Notes: generated by a model from the sequence alone, not told the origin. 64,000 nucleotides of DNA from Azolla caroliniana (GCA_043228905.1 JBHGNT010000009.1:7750001-7814000), one strand, 5' to 3'; counted from the first letter of the stretch, positions 1 through 15,900 are shown. Made by a program: numbers and translations.

Positions 1-2213
1 GTTTCCATATGGTTTATCTAACACAACTCTGTGTGACATGTCAGAGATTCAAGTCTAGAATGTGACATTGATTGGAGTCTAGAAGGTTACAACTCCCTCT
101 TAATATGTCATCATATCTTGAACAAATTGCACCATATGCTGAGCATGTGAAGAGCAAGTGCATTCATCCACTACCATGCCTTCATTGCATACTTTACATG
201 AAGTCATAAGGAGATTGAAATGTTATTCTAACTCACAAGTTTCATCAAGCTTTCTCACTACTTTGTTCTTTTCTCATAAAGGTCAATACCTTTGATCGTT
301 TTTCTATTGTGACCATTACCTTTAAATTTAATGATTCGTGATAACTCATGGGCTTAGAACGTTTGTTTTAATGTATGTGCCTAAAGCAAAGATAGATGCA
401 TGACATTTATTACAATTCGTACCCTTTGTTCATATTTATGCATACAACATGTTGACATTGGAAAATGTAGAAATGCACATCCACAAACACCTTGGAATTA
501 ATTATGGACGAGATTATTATATCTCCTTTTATTGTATATGGAAACTCTACAAATTTATCTCTAGCAGGTTATACCTTGAGGTGTTAAAATATACACGATG
601 ATCAGAACAATGAATAAGCAACGTCATACATTTCATTGTCTCACATAGTATACAATGGAGAAAATGGAAAAATGTTTGATCAATGAGCATATAGAAACAT
701 TCAAGTAGGTCCTTGTCCTATAGTAGGCATTTCAATAGGCAATAAATCGGTTGTGATAGTTTTTGATATTCTAGCATTGTCAATTTATTATTTGATGATA
801 CACAGGGAGGATGCTTAGGTATGTTTTATTGCCGCTTCTATGTATAAGTTGGAGTGGTTCTTCTATGTATCGTAGTTTGATTTTAAGCTCATCAGGAAGA
901 ACACCCTCAGGCTAAATCATTTACTTCTCTAGCAAAGTTATACAATAAAAAATTACAGTTTAGAGTTGCAATGTAGGTAGAAATAAGTACCCCATAAAAG
1001 AGTTGAGATTTTAGAAGAAAATTGAATGGTTAATTAAAAGTTTTATTTGTTTCCAATTGAAATCCCTAAGTGTATTGTATATGCGGAATGAAGATAATCA
1101 ATTTACTTCAAAATCCAGAAGGTCACATTGCAAATAGCAAGAGGTACAATACAAATGACAAAGGGTATAATTGTTTGCCTTGGGACTCATGGAAATGTCT
1201 CAAGCCTTCAATGGCTCATCACTCAACCATTCCATGCATGAAGGGCACCCCCTCTCTAACTTCTTTGATCTTCCAAATATATCAACCCACACTTTGTCAA
1301 TGACTCTTGAAAGGTCATTCTTCACAACCCAACAAGATTCACATTGACATGTATCCTCAACAACAAATGAGGCCTTGAATGTTCGCAATCTATGCACTTG
1401 TAGTGTTAAGCATAAATATCCCCTGTTCACTAAGATAAAATGTCCAACATAAATGTACCATGGATTTCAGCTTCAACAATAGGCTCCACTTTTGGCATAA
1501 GTCATGATGGACTTCATGCTAGATGCAAATTTGAGATCAATATATTTTGTAGAATGCCCCATCAATCGATATAACCTAGAAACACTTTAGTGCAATAGAA
1601 CGGGAAACCCTTTACAAGAGATGCCTTTTTGCTGAAGTCACCAAGAACATTTCTTCCTATATGTGGGATTTTGTCAAGCAACATTATTTTCGGACAAATT
1701 TGGCATACAATATACATAGCAAAATATTTGAGGGAAATGTGAGCTTGGGCACTTCGAAGGACCCTAAGAGAAAATCCTCGGTCAAAAATGGATACAACTC
1801 AATTGGCCTGCAAGGCTCATCACAAGTTATTCTATTTGCCCTGTGCATGTTTTTCCTTTTCCGCATTTCATTAATGGCGCACGTCCAACATTGTCGGGAG
1901 TTTGGTAAGTTTCTTTCAACCCTTGTTAAAAGCTTGTTAGGGGCATCCGACCTTTTGCCGAGAATGTTTCACGTAAAGTTCTATTCACAAAGAATGAAAG
2001 GAGGACAAAGACCCATGGTGCGATGAATGAGAGGGAGGTGTTTGGTTAGTTAGAAATGGGGAGTGAGTGAAGATGGCTTAAAGGCTTAGGCTTCCACACA
2101 AAGGATAAAAACTCATAACAAAACAAACACTTTTTCCTTTGGTGGGCACTGGGCCTAATGTTTGAACCTTCACAAATACACACATATTGAGATGATATGT
2201 ATATCTATCTATC

Positions 2214-2244
<31 letters not shown>

Positions 2245-2779
2245 CATTGCTATATGTATAATTATTAATATATATATATAGTAAGTAGTTCGGAATTAAA
2301 TAATATGTCTTGTTTTGTTTATATTTAATTAATTCTTTGCAAAATCCCAAAATATGAAGTATGTAATTAATCTTCCCCACAAAAAAAAAAACAATTTAAT
2401 TAACTCACAAAACCCCAAAAAACTTTGGATTGAATTAACTGCTTACTTATTTCGAGATTATTAATAATAATCTTCCCTAAACATTGACATGACGTTAACA
2501 TTAATACTTTTGAGTGCGTATAAAAAAAACACAAAAAAACACTCAGAACAAATTGAGCGGAAAAGCAATATATAATAAATAAATTGAAACAATTTTGGTT
2601 GCAAAGGAATTTGTTTTAATATATTTTAATAAACATCAGCAACAGAAATAAAAAAACAAAAACGAATAAGAGAAAAATCAGAAAAGGGAAAGGCCTGCCA
2701 AGCAATCCAATCCATTATTAAATGATGGAAGGGAATAGAAATTGAAAGGGGAAAAAATAAATTTAAATTGAAAAGAAGC

Positions 2780-3230
2780 CCATGATTTGTCACGTGACTT
2801 GGGGGGGGGGGACCTTTTGAATGCGTACGGCGGTCGTACGGACGGACTGACGCTGACCACAAGTTTACCTCGTGTCCCCGCCGTCCTTTTCTCTTTGTCC
2901 ACTTGTGAGCAAGTGCGCCACGTAGGCAGGGGCCCCCTTCCACCTCAGCAAGCCACGTCATCCATCCACATGGATAATAAGCCTCAACCCCCGCCCCCTC
3001 GGGATCCATCCTTGTGTATGTATGTATGTATGCATTCCGTTCGGTCTCCTTTTCATTCAAACCCTTCTACGATTGGATCCCTTTGGCCGTCCGTGTCCGC
3101 CCGCCCACCTGCATTCGCCCGTGTCCGCCCATCCTTCCCCCCCTCCCCTCCAAAAAGCAAAAAAACTCCTTACTAGAAATCTACCCCCGTAAGCTCGTTC
3201 GCCGCGAATCCGCAACGTGTGCACACATAC
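2780..3230. promoter_or_regulatory. GC-rich island with clustered ACGT-core (G-box/ABRE-like) motifs; no associated CDS recognised
   Basis: gtcacgtgac (about 2789), gccacgtagg (about 2917), gccacgtca (about 2952) and aacgtgt (about 3214) in a CpG-retaining stretch amid AT-rich DNA. Confidence 0.4.
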
Positions 3231-3794
3231 ACTATATTGTATTTATATCATTTATATCCCATTCTCCGGCGAGAGTTTTGTTATGAAGGCATCGTTTTGT
3301 AGTTATGAAGGCATCGTTTTGTAATTTCCCTTGAATGCCATAAACAATGCTTGTATGCAGCCTGTCCTTTTCGAGAACACAAGTGCAAAGTTCGATGATT
3401 TGATCATAGTGAGGGGGCACCTTTTTTCTTTTCTTTTTTATCATCGAGAGATTGATATTGTATTGCGGGAGTAAGTTAGAACCAAAATGCCTGAAATAAC
3501 TGCTCGTGCATTGCTTACTGCAACGCGCGCCGATGCTCTCCTACTATTGGACAATAGAGCCAAAAAACATGTAGAATGTGGGTCTATGTTATCTCACATT
3601 CATCTCTCTATGCCACATATGCTTTGACGCGTTACGTTAGATGTGAGGTCGTGTGAGGTAATAGAACCCCAAAAGTAGATTGGATAATATCATAATTGTA
3701 TGTTGCCACATCATACATATACACCTTGGGACCCTAAGGTTGCAATTTCAAATTGGAATACACATTAAGTTGCATACCACTTCATGTTATATTC

Positions 3795-3830
<36 letters not shown>

Positions 3831-6800
3831 ACTACTTTTTATGAATAAACTGCCATTGAAGTTTGTTCCCTTTCTAGACAAAAAAAATCTAACTAGCAAT
3901 TTACAAAATTCCAACCGACCAAAATCCGCTTTTTAGAAGTTGCGGATTGAGTAAATTCGCAAATTCCAAACACCCTTGGTAAACATTCACATAGATCCTA
4001 GGGAGTTGTTTTTAAGAAGCCTACTTTGAAAAGTCAGTATAAGCCTCTGGTTTCACCATAGAAGTCCGAAGAGGAAAGCTTTCAAAAGTTTCTTTTTGTG
4101 TGCTTTGTATACCTTTTAAACTTAGGTGTATATGTATTTGCATGTGATCATCACAACCATCAACCTCTAATTTTAAATCTAGTGATGATTATAATATTGT
4201 GTTGATTTTCAACTTTTATTGTTGGGGATGCTACCTTAGGTCATAATCATGCATTTTCTGATATTATGAAGCAAAAGTACATCAACGACCCATCATTGGA
4301 TTGTGTAGTTGTAATTAGGACAAGGGATGACAGAGTAACCTCATATGAGTTTGTATATATTACAATCTTATGTTTTTTCTCATGTACACGCTTCATTTAT
4401 CTTCCATAAGCCATTCATAAAAAAAATTATGGATCTTCAACAAGCCAAATCTTTTAGGCCCATAAACACTCCAGTAGAAAATACTAGAGAACCCAAACCC
4501 TCTAGAAATCATTCAATACATCTGATGGTGTTACAAATGCTCATTAGGTTCAAGGGCAATCTTATCTACCAAATTGGCTTTTAATACTAGATGACATTGT
4601 ACATGCTCCACTTGTAAGGGTATTGAAGTTTCAAAAAACATTACACAAGGCTTTCAACACTTGATATCCTAGAAAACGTCAAACTCGGCACACTATTCTA
4701 GGTTCTAACCATTCCAAAAGATATCCCACAACACATTGCTCCTTGTAGATACTCGTCTTTGAGTAGTGTAAAATATCTGTCAAGCCTTGTTAGAAGGCAT
4801 TGAAAATATGATAATGACACAACCACCACATTGGCACATATTATCATTTGTAATACAAGTTAATATCACAACACATAGTGTTCACATTTGTTGCACATTT
4901 CCCAAGGTTTACCAAACTTTAAATAATCCTCCAACTAAGGGATTCCCTTGATTAGCACATTTGTTGGCATACGTTGGGCAATAATCCCAAGCAAGGTGAC
5001 ATTAGGTAGTGAGATATACTTAGCTTATGATTAGTACATTCAGAATTGATAAATGCGAGATAATGAGTTTACATATCTTTATTGAAGAAGGGGAAATCAA
5101 AGATATGGCTTAAATTGCATTATTGATAATACATTAGAAAAATATAAATGAAAGAAATAAATTATCTCGATAGTGTGACTCGATGATTACATTCTAGTAT
5201 TTTATTGGATAATAAAACATTGGTAGTGTACAAATTGTCGTATACTTCCATTAGAAGTGGATTGAAGTTACCAAATCATTTATATTAGAAGTCACCAAGT
5301 CAAGTATCTTTATAACTACGCTATTATCTTTGAACCCAAGATAATACAACTCACTTTTATGTAAACCAGAAGTGACTAAACCATTTATTCTCAATACTGG
5401 TTAGAGTTTGACCTTTGAGTTGTGGAAGGTCGATTTGCATTGCTGTCTTTTTGTGCTCGAGACATGAACCCACAACATTAAAGTTCCAAAGCATAGATAT
5501 ATGCTGGAAGCATTTTGTTTGTATGTACTCAAATTTGTTTTTTCTTTTTTAGCCAAGCTCGTAATTCAATAAGCAATAATTAAGATTTCTAAATTCCTCT
5601 TATAGACCCTATAAGGCAATGATTTCATATTTTTGCTTTAACCGATATTGTGTGGCTTTAAAATCAAGGGTGGAAGTAAGAATATTTCCCTCCAAACTCT
5701 TACAACAAAATTGCGTAAATGTCATAATGAAAATATGGATTGTCTAGTACTACAACACATATAAGTAAGAATGCAAAGCTATGAATTCAAGAGAGCAATG
5801 GTGAAGGAAGAATGATATGAAGATATAGATTAAATCCAAGTCCTTCATGCAATTTACTATCTAGTAAGTAATATATTTAGTTCATTGATTGTGTACACTA
5901 AGTAATTTACAAAAAGCACTAACAAACAATATACAATTCAACATGTTCATAGATTCGATGGTTAAAATTATTTTGTATACTCATTAAAAATGTTTATCTA
6001 ACCTCTATCATTCCACATGATAATCTTGCAAGATCACGTGAAACTACTATCGATGTTTGACAAGATAATATCAATTACAAAATCATGTGAGTAAGGTGCT
6101 TGTTTAAACCACAATTTAATCATTGTACAAGATATCATAGGAGTTTTCAGATTGTACTATACCTATAAATCTCCTATCCTATAATGATGTAAATCATAAA
6201 GGTATGTCCATAATATTGGATTTCATAAGTAATGGCTAGACCCTCTGAAGTTAATTAGTTTCACAGTACCAACAAGGCCTATAATGGCAAGATTCAGACG
6301 CAAGCATTTACAAAATCTGAATAAACGCCAAGGTAACAAAACCACTATTCTTGATTATTTCTTGGAAAGTAGAGAATGAAACAAAATTTCACCATCATGT
6401 ATAATGCAAAGCCATCAAAACTATATCCTCTAGAATGCATCAACCAGGGTAGAAGATGAGATCAATCTTCCTTGTCCAGTTAAAACTGAGAAATAAAGAA
6501 ACAAACCATTTATCATGACAAGAAAATGAGATTAATCTCTTTGCCTAAAATGACAAATAAGCAAAAACGTTTCTCAATATCCTGAAATTCATTAAACTTT
6601 TGTCAAAAGTGCACGTATTTGACGCATTCCATGACCTTCCCTGTCTTCATTTGCTGGTGGAGCAATAAAAGCTCAGATAGTTGGTCAGTGAACTTGATTA
6701 ATCTCATTTTCTTGTCCTGACAAATTGTTTGATTCCCTAAGAATCTTCACAATAGGTCTGATTCGCAAAAATGAGATTGTTTGTAAAAAATGCATGTGTA

Positions 6801-7694
6801 CATATTGATGCATTCCAAGATCTTCAATGTGTTCATTTGCCGGTGGAGCAATAAAAGCTCAGATAATTTATCATTGACCTGGTTCCTTCAAATTGGCTTG
6901 GAAGATAGGGTAGATAAAACTGTTGCGGCATAGGTACTGAAAAAGTACGAGCTAATTTGTCAGCTAATGCATGACACAAAATCATTTAAGTTCGTATTAA
7001 TGCATAACAGAAAAAGGCATCCTAAGTTCATGTTAATGCATGACAAAAGAGGTCATTTGAGTTTGTGTTCGAAGACATGAAATTTCCAAGAAAGTGAACC
7101 TCCATGTTCATGCACATTAAATTGAGACTGCGTCAATGATATATGTTTGTAGCTATGCTAGCCAATCCTAATATGATTGGACTTCAATTGCACATTAAAT
7201 TTCAGTAATGTGGTTAGTGTTTATACATCACAGAACAGAACACTACAGATCAAGATGGTAGTTTTAGTACACTTAGCAATCTAGTCCTGGAAACTCAATA
7301 CTGCAGTTCCACATTATCCATATCACACGAGCTTTGATTACTCTTTTTCATGTGCTATCATCTACAGGAATCACCATCCATATGTATGTACATCACAACC
7401 AATGCATTGTTACCATATATACACATAATACAGAACAAAAATAATCTTATGATATATATCACTGGCAATTATGGAAATCTTTACTGGGATAAGAATCGAT
7501 GGGTTAATTTCAATTAAAAGAAGAAAATGATTGGAGCTAAAATTGAGATCCCATGCGTTGGGTTTGTTGAAATAAAAATTCAATATACATACCTCTCCCT
7601 TTGTCTGTGACACTTCAATTGGTAAAAATTTCAGAGAGACAAGACAATTGTTCCTCTTATTAGATGGAATCAAAAATAGTTTACATGCTGACCA

Positions 7695-10600
7695 TTAATC
7701 TTCATCTGAATCAAATGTTATTTTGGTTGCCTTGGGAGCATCAGCTGCAACCTCCTTAAAATGAGCGCCATAAAGCTTAGATTCCTAAATAAAAATAGAT
7801 CAACATAAATCTTATTTACCAGAAAATTTCCCCTTCATTATTCACAAGACATCACATATCTAACCTTCTTTTTCACAGAGGTTCCGAATTTCAGAATCTC
7901 TGGTGGTACATGTTGCCCTGCCTCCTTCAGCACGTTCACTAGCTCTCCAGCTCTAGCCTATAAACATATGAGAGGAAGCTTTTTTATCATTGCCCTTGAG
8001 ATATATCTTTTACTGTTTCTAATGAGTGAGCTTGGGGTTTGTTTTCTATGAGTGATTTTCAGGTGTTCATTTATTGGTTTTCAATAGATACTTTTGAGAA
8101 CTGCTTCTTATTCTTTTGAGTTGATACTCCCAAGAGGTCTAAGAAGGCTTTTGCGATGTTTCTTTATTGGTTTTTGATTGATGTTTTCCAGATATGCTTT
8201 TAATCGGTCAATAGATTTAGAATACACTTCTGTTTCCAATCAATGTTCTTGATTGTATTTTTTTAAATGTTCCTGTTTTTTACTATTTTTGATCTATTTC
8301 TTTCAAGATCTGCTTATTATGTTTTCAACATCTGTTCTTCATTGTTAAATCAATCATTTCAAAAAATGTTCTTGAATTGTTTATCAATGATTTTTGGATA
8401 TGGTTTTTATTTGTTTTTGTTTAACCTTTATTTCTTATTGCTTTTTGTTCAATCTATATTGAGATATGTTTGTAATAAAAACCTTGTCTGCCTGAGTGAA
8501 AAATGTATGCGCAATGCCAGTTTTCCCTGCTCGACCAGTTCGCCCAATACGATGCACATAATCTTCAGTAGTGAGAGGAAAACTGTAATTGATTACGTAC
8601 TCGACATCGGGTATATCCAAGCCCCTTGCTGCAACATCTGTAGCAATCTATCACAAAGCATAACAGGATGAATAGGAATACATAATATAACAAAACTTAA
8701 TAGCCCATCCAAAACATTTCGTTACAAAATATATATCCTTTTTAAAATTCCAATACAGATCGTAAAACAAAAAAAACGCCTGTGCCAATACCAGTAAAGG
8801 ACATGTTCCATCCTTGAATCCAGTTACTGCTTTATTACGATCGAATTGCCCCTTGTCCCCATGCACCGCAGAAACATTCCAACCTCTAGAATCATAAATA
8901 AAATCTTTCATGATATAGGAAATTCTAAGAATCTATTGTGTAAAGTCTTACTTATAGGACATGTGTCATATTACTTACTTCCGCTGCAGCATGCTTTCCA
9001 CTCGAGCAGCCTCCTTCTTGTAAAGCACGAAAACAAGTATCCTATTCCTACAATATTGAAAAGAAATTTAAAAAACAGCCTTAATAAATATGTGCTTTTA
9101 AAATATTGTAAACAACAATTTATGTAATGATTAATTTATCACAGGCACGAGGATCGATCACCTATACAATAGTGCACCTTAATCACCAACTAATAGCTGG
9201 ACTTTGTTTAAAATAAATGACCCATTCACTTCTATCTTCTACATAAGTTAGCAATTCTCATATCCCAATTTATCTACTCTTGACAATATTTGTTGCTGCT
9301 ATATTCTATCTTCTTTAGAGTGTAGATATATATGTACACTTTCAAAAGTCAAAATTCAGGGTTATGAATATTCATATTCATACAAGTTTGAAGAATATTC
9401 ATATCTGTAAAAGCTCAAGAGAAAAACAGGTCAGTGGAGATAGTCGCTAGCATTCTTAGACAGCACATACAGGAATCATAAATCCAAAATTCTCATAAAT
9501 ACATGTAGATTAAAAACAATTTCAGCATGTAGAGGCCAAAACTCCTACCTTTCAGATTTGTGATATTCTCTCAGCAGTTCAATCAAACGAGCATCCCGTA
9601 GATTCATTTCAATCACCTTAAATTTCACATGCTTAATATCAGATATCAAAACTCTTCAACATTCCATTTAAGATACTCAATACCACGTGGTCAAACAAGA
9701 AAGCATATTTCAAAATGGCAAGAGATGTTCCAAAATCATAACATATAACTGACCTCACAATCTGCAATTTGTCTGCACATTTTCTATCTCTAGATTTACT
9801 TTATTTGAGCATTTATTACAGTTGGCTTTTGAACCTAACACTACTTCATTGCAGCATTTAATGCAGTGCTCTTTTCTATCCACTCGACTCTTAAACTCAT
9901 TACGTACATCAGAATATTCTATATCCTTTTATAAATGCATGGGTTAGTTACAAAACCCACTCATATTTATATTTAATAGCATTGTGCCTCATGACAAAAT
10001 ATGGTTCTTATTTTAACTTATTGTTACAATGATGCTAACCTCTTTGGCATCTTACAGCTGTTTATAATAGTTTTCTCACATGGCAAGGGAGAGCCGAACA
10101 CCCAAAAGTTGGATAGGATCAGAAAACAAGGCTACACCTCCGCTGGATTCTGCAGAATGTGATTATCAGCTCAAAGTCTAGCTATCAGCAGTTGTTCTGG
10201 GAGTGGATCATTTCAAACAGCTCCATCTTGAGGCCTATCTTGAGGTCGATGACTGACCCTTCACCTTAGCTTCATTCAATCCTCTTTATTCACCAACACT
10301 TGGTTAGACTATCTACTCCTAAAAGACAATCTTCACTAGATATGCACAACAAACTCATTTTGGGAAAACCTGTCTACCTAGATAGGAAAGATGAAGGGCG
10401 GCCCTAGGGCTACACATAAATAGAGATGAGATTTCTTTTCTGGCCAAACGTAGAGATTCTACTATCTAAATTCCTCATGTAAGTGTCCCATTTCCCAAGG
10501 TGGAAGGCATCTTCTCTGAACAGTCTTCATCAACCTTAATAGATTACGTTAATCTTCCTCAATTATGTATTCATGCTTATATGCCATTGCCTTTGGCATT

Positions 10601-12934
10601 GGATACATAGAATTCACTGCCACAACTGTACCATGTCCATATTGTGAAGGATAGTTTAGAAGTATTCATTGTGATGATGAATAGTTACAGAAGTGAAAAA
10701 CACCTTACATGAAAATGTTTTAGTAGATGTACTTTAAGACCAGAAAATTCCACGCTTAAAAATAGTTACTCATGGGGCAATTAACACCAAAAAAGAGTAT
10801 GTATCATCAAAAGGCTGACTAACAATGCATAACAATCTATATCACTCACATTACACATTCATGTGTCAAACTCACCTCAACAACTTGAGTAACAGAATGA
10901 TTTGCTGCCAAATCTTGTGATCCCACAATCACCTGACATTTAAACCAAATGAGAAAAATGATGCTGTTTCATCAAATAATAGGAGAAAGGAAGACGCAAT
11001 GCCCAGCAAAATCATATGAAGTTGCTGTGGATACATATTACATAAAAAAAATACCCTACTGAGCAATGCTCCTCTAATTGTAATATATGTACAATCCTTG
11101 AGGACTAATTGCATTTCCATTTCTATCTAAATGGAATGCTATAATGTTCTACATATAATGTAGTGCCTAAAGTTTCCTGATAAATGTAACCATACGGATC
11201 ACCTTGATTGGATTGGGCCCCATAAACTCCTTGGATAGTTGATCAACTTCTGAAGGCCATGTCGCACTAAACATTATCATTTGTCTGCCTGAAAGGAAAA
11301 TGCAGAACATATCAGTACCACAAACATAATTGAAAATACTTATGAAGTTACAATCTGTGGAGCTTGAGGAATTTTGAGTATATCTCACAGTTGGGATCGT
11401 ACTTTTTAAAGTTAGGCCAATGAGTGCTCTGACGGCATGCTCAAAACCAAGGTCAAGCATCCTATCTGCCTCATCCAAAACCTAAAGCATATCAAACTGA
11501 TTTTGTCAGTAAAAGATGGTTGAGCTTGCAACAATACACCTGCATATTGTTTGATTGAACTTTAGATGATGCATGTAAAATAGGAAATTGCAAAATTAAA
11601 TTACTTTGGGGCTCCAATGCAGCATTTAATATCTTACATGATGAGTATTTAGTAAATTGGAGAACATGATATGAAAGCATATTGCAGTATAGTTTTCATT
11701 ATGTAGAGTAGTAGTCCTAGAACACAAGAAGCAACATACCACATATGAAACTTCTTGGAGAGAACAATGGCCTTCTTCAACAAGATCTTGCAATCGCCCT
11801 GGAGTAGCCACCACAATTTCCTGCAAAGCAAAGACCCAAGGTTCTCTATTATCTCATCAACATAAACAAGTTTGACCCTGATCAAGATTGTAACAGTGTA
11901 CAAGATACTAAGAGGATATAAGTTATACAAGATAAAGGGGACATTCTAATCACCCAATTAATTTTTCCCAGTATTTGCATTCACGAAAAGAAAATACAAA
12001 TATATATTCAATACATAATGACTGAAAAAATCAAATTCTTCAGCAACGTCAAAAGGCAAAGTTATGGGCACACAGTCAAGAATGCTTCTTAAATTTAAAA
12101 CGCACTTTTGCAAATTGGGGATGATATAGATCTTATTCATACTCTTTTAGGGAAATGAATTCAATTTACGTCTCTACAAGGAAGCATACTTAATTTTAAA
12201 ATGTAGCCAAAATCATAAACTCACAATTTTTCTGCTCTATAGTTTGTTTATTTCTTAGTATTAACACACACATCCAATATAGACCTTCAAGCAGTGATCC
12301 AAAATCTTTGTACAGAAGAGAGTACTCAGTAAAAGCTCTATGACAGTATTACCACTCCTGACTTGAGAGCAGATATTTGTGGCTTTTTTGAAGTTCCTCC
12401 ATATAGACATGTGGTTCTAACTCCACATGAATTCCCTGCATCTACAAGAACTTCAGTGATCTGTAACACGAGATCAAGAAAAATATGAGTTGATAACTAC
12501 AAAGATAAAGAGAACGTTTTTCCAATATATACTAAGAGCAGAAAGTTGTATGGGCAAACATACTTGTTGAGCTAATTCCCTTGTAGGAGAAAGGACAAGG
12601 CATGTGGGGCAACCTGGCTTCGTTGTCTTCTTTTTCTTCTTTAGAACATGAACAAGCGCAGGTAATCCAAATGCTAAGGTCTTACCTGCAGAATATCAGG
12701 GTAAGTACTTTGTTGTGAAGCAAGAAAAATAAAACATATATGCATAGGATTGTTTTCCAATGTTCACTCTAATCCCTCCCCCTCAAAAAAGAAAAGCAAG
12801 TAATGATGGATGAGAAATTTGTGTACCAAATTTCAAATCAGTAGTTTTCAACATATTCCTAAGCTTCCAATCAAAAGATGTTTTACCATTTCAGCATGTT
12901 ACATTCGTGGACAGTCTTTGATATTATGACAAAT

Positions 12935-12970
<36 letters not shown>

Positions 12971-15900
12971 CTGCTGGGCTTTTTTTTGTAGATTAAATTG
13001 ATGGACTATAAAGAATATAATAATGGTTCTGAATTCTATTCCTATTTCTTTGAAAGCTCATGGATTCATGCAGTACCTTGCATCTCTGAAACCAGCGCAT
13101 GGAAATTCCAGAGGATCGTAAAACTCTAATCCCTCCCCATTAAAAAAGAAAAGCAAGTAATAATGGATGAGAAATTTGTGTACCAAATTTCAAATCAGTA
13201 GTTTTCAACATATTCCTAAGCTTCCAATCAAAAGATGTTTTACCATTTCAGCATGTTAAACTCTTGGACAGTCTTTGATATTATGACAAATCGGAGAGAG
13301 AGAGAGAGAGGGTCTGCTGGGCTTTTTTGGTAGATTAAATTGATGGTCTATAAAGAATATAATAATGGTTCTGAATTCTATTCCTATTTCTTTGAAAGTT
13401 CATGGATTCACGCAGTAACTTGCATCTCTGAAACCAGCGCATGGAAATTCCAGAGGATTGTAAAACTCCAATTGAATGGCCAAAATTCTCACCACCAGAG
13501 ATATCTTATGCAAATAAAAATCGTCTCTATAAGATTTTGTACTCACTAAGACTTAATTTTTGCTTTTGGAATAAGCTAGCTTGCCCATGAACAAAATATT
13601 TGACGAACCTGCATGTGGAAACTTCAAGGTACTCTATAATGCGCATAGTAGAAATAAGGGCAAATCATCTATGAGAGCAACAGATTTCAGTACTCTCAAA
13701 TGACTCTCCATTAGCTCTAAAGCTGAATTTCAAATTCTACAGTAAAAGAGGTTGGTTTGAATAATACAAATATTGCTCATATTCCCAAGTAACCTTTGCA
13801 AGTAATCTTATAACTTTTAAGTGATTCAATGTATGAACAAACCTACAGTGACATTATTAGCCACAGCTTTGCAAAGTCTTCCAAAAAAAGCAAACCAATG
13901 GGAACAGGCCCAACCAGATGCTGATTGCAACAAATGTCAGTGTCGGCTCTCACTCATTCATACTGGCCATACAATGTCATCTTGGCCAATTCAGAAGTTC
14001 CACGATGCAAGTAAAAAAATTTGTTACGGAATAATAGCCTAAAAGATATTATTCCAGTGAATAATGTCATCTTGATGCCAACTACGGACAGTCTCACACA
14101 TCTACCTCGGCTTGTTGGAATGTTTTATTGGGATTGGTAGTGTGGACATTCCTCTCGACTTCTAGATTGGATTGTTTGTGATAAAGGCTTGTCATTGGCA
14201 TAGAGCAAGTGAACTCCAAAAAATGGATCTTCTATTTGAGAAAGAATGAGGTGTTGTGTTCCTTAAAGTACTTCTTTATGGTCTTTGAGGCAGCTACATG
14301 AGATTTTCTCAACATAAGCCAAATGAACCATAATTTCCAAAATGTATTCTCTACTCCAATGGCCGTACATGCTATTGGGATTGGTAGTGTGGACATTCCT
14401 CTCGACTTCTAGATTGGATTGTTTGTGATAAAGGCTTGACATTGGCATAGAGCAAGTGAACTCCAAAAAATGGATCTTCTATTTGAGAAAGAATGAGGTG
14501 TTGTGTTCCTTAAAGTACTTCTTTATGGTCTTTGAGGCAGCTACATGAGATTTTCTCAACATAAGCCAAATGAACCATAATTTCCAAAATGTATTCTCTA
14601 CTCCAATGGCCGTACATGCTATTGGGATTGGTAGTGTGGACATTCCTCTCGACTTCTAGATTGGATTGTTTGTGATAAAGGCTTGACATTGGCATAGAGC
14701 AAGTGAACTCCAAAAAATGGACCTTCTATTTGAGAAAGAATGAGGTGTTGTGTTCCTTAAAGTACTTCTTTATGGTCTTTGAGGCAGCTACATGAGATTT
14801 TCTCAACATAAGCCAAATGAACCATAATTTCCAAAATGTATTCTCTACTCCAATGGCCGTACATGCTATGAAAATTCTTTCTTACTACATTGCATTATTC
14901 ATTTGAGAATACAGAAAAAAACAAAGGAAAACACTACGATAAAGTAGGAAAAAAAGCAGCACCAATGATGTTTTCCTGAAATTCAAGGTTTTGCCAGAAA
15001 ATATTTAAAGTTTCAGATATAGCATGTCCAAAAATCCAGTTTAGTCTACTATTGTACCCTAATCAATGTTAAACAATTAGGTTCAAAAGAAAAATTTGTG
15101 CTGCAAGATTACCTGAGCCAGTAGCAGCTATACCAATGAGGTTCCGGTCATCCAATAGAAAAGGCCATGCATGAGACTGAATTGGTGACGGTTTCTTGAA
15201 GCCCTTACAACATTCTAAAACCTCCTTTGACACATGAAGTTCAGAAAACAATTGTATGGGTCTAAACTTACTATCATCAGAACCCATGCCAGAAACTTTT
15301 ACTTCCAAATGCCCACCACAATCACCATTTGCCTCTATCTTTCCTTTCTTTTTATGTTCAATAGCACCATTCATAGACTCTTTTGCGTTCACATACCCTC
15401 CCTTCTCAACAACTTTATCAGTAGCCTCAAATGTTTTACTTTTCTTTTTCTTCTGGTCCTTAACCGACCCACCATCTGTATGCCCATTCATTTCTTCTAC
15501 CTGACCTGAATTTCCAGCTCATGTTAACAGCCAAATATTGTGATACTAAAATATTAGAAACGAAGTAGTAACCCAAGCACAAATCAAATTAATCTCTTCA
15601 TTAAGGAATCAATAACGACGAATATATTTTCCTAAAATTATTACCACCATCATGAGCCTCTTTATACCCCTTCTTCCTTTTCTTATTGGAATGATTTTTA
15701 TTGAGTTCGTTTTCCTGTGTTGTAGAATCTGCAAAGAAATTGATGAGTATATTAGCAACCTTGGCACACACAGATCACATGTTTGGACACAGAAACACTG
15801 TTTGAACATAGAAATATTCTTTGGATGTTGAAACACATCAATCAATCATGTATTCACTCTCCAGTATTGCACTAAATTGGCTGCAAACTTAGATGAACAT

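Noticed and set aside
1-2150. Possible decayed DNA-transposon coding sequence (similar impression at about 4250-5050 and 17400-18900)
   Set aside because: No motif, TIR or TSD could be identified with confidence by eye.
14263-14713. Two identical 67-aa ORFs as duplicated small genes or a CRISPR-like array
   Set aside because: By-product of the 247-bp intronic tandem repeat; no unique spacers and no recognisable domain.
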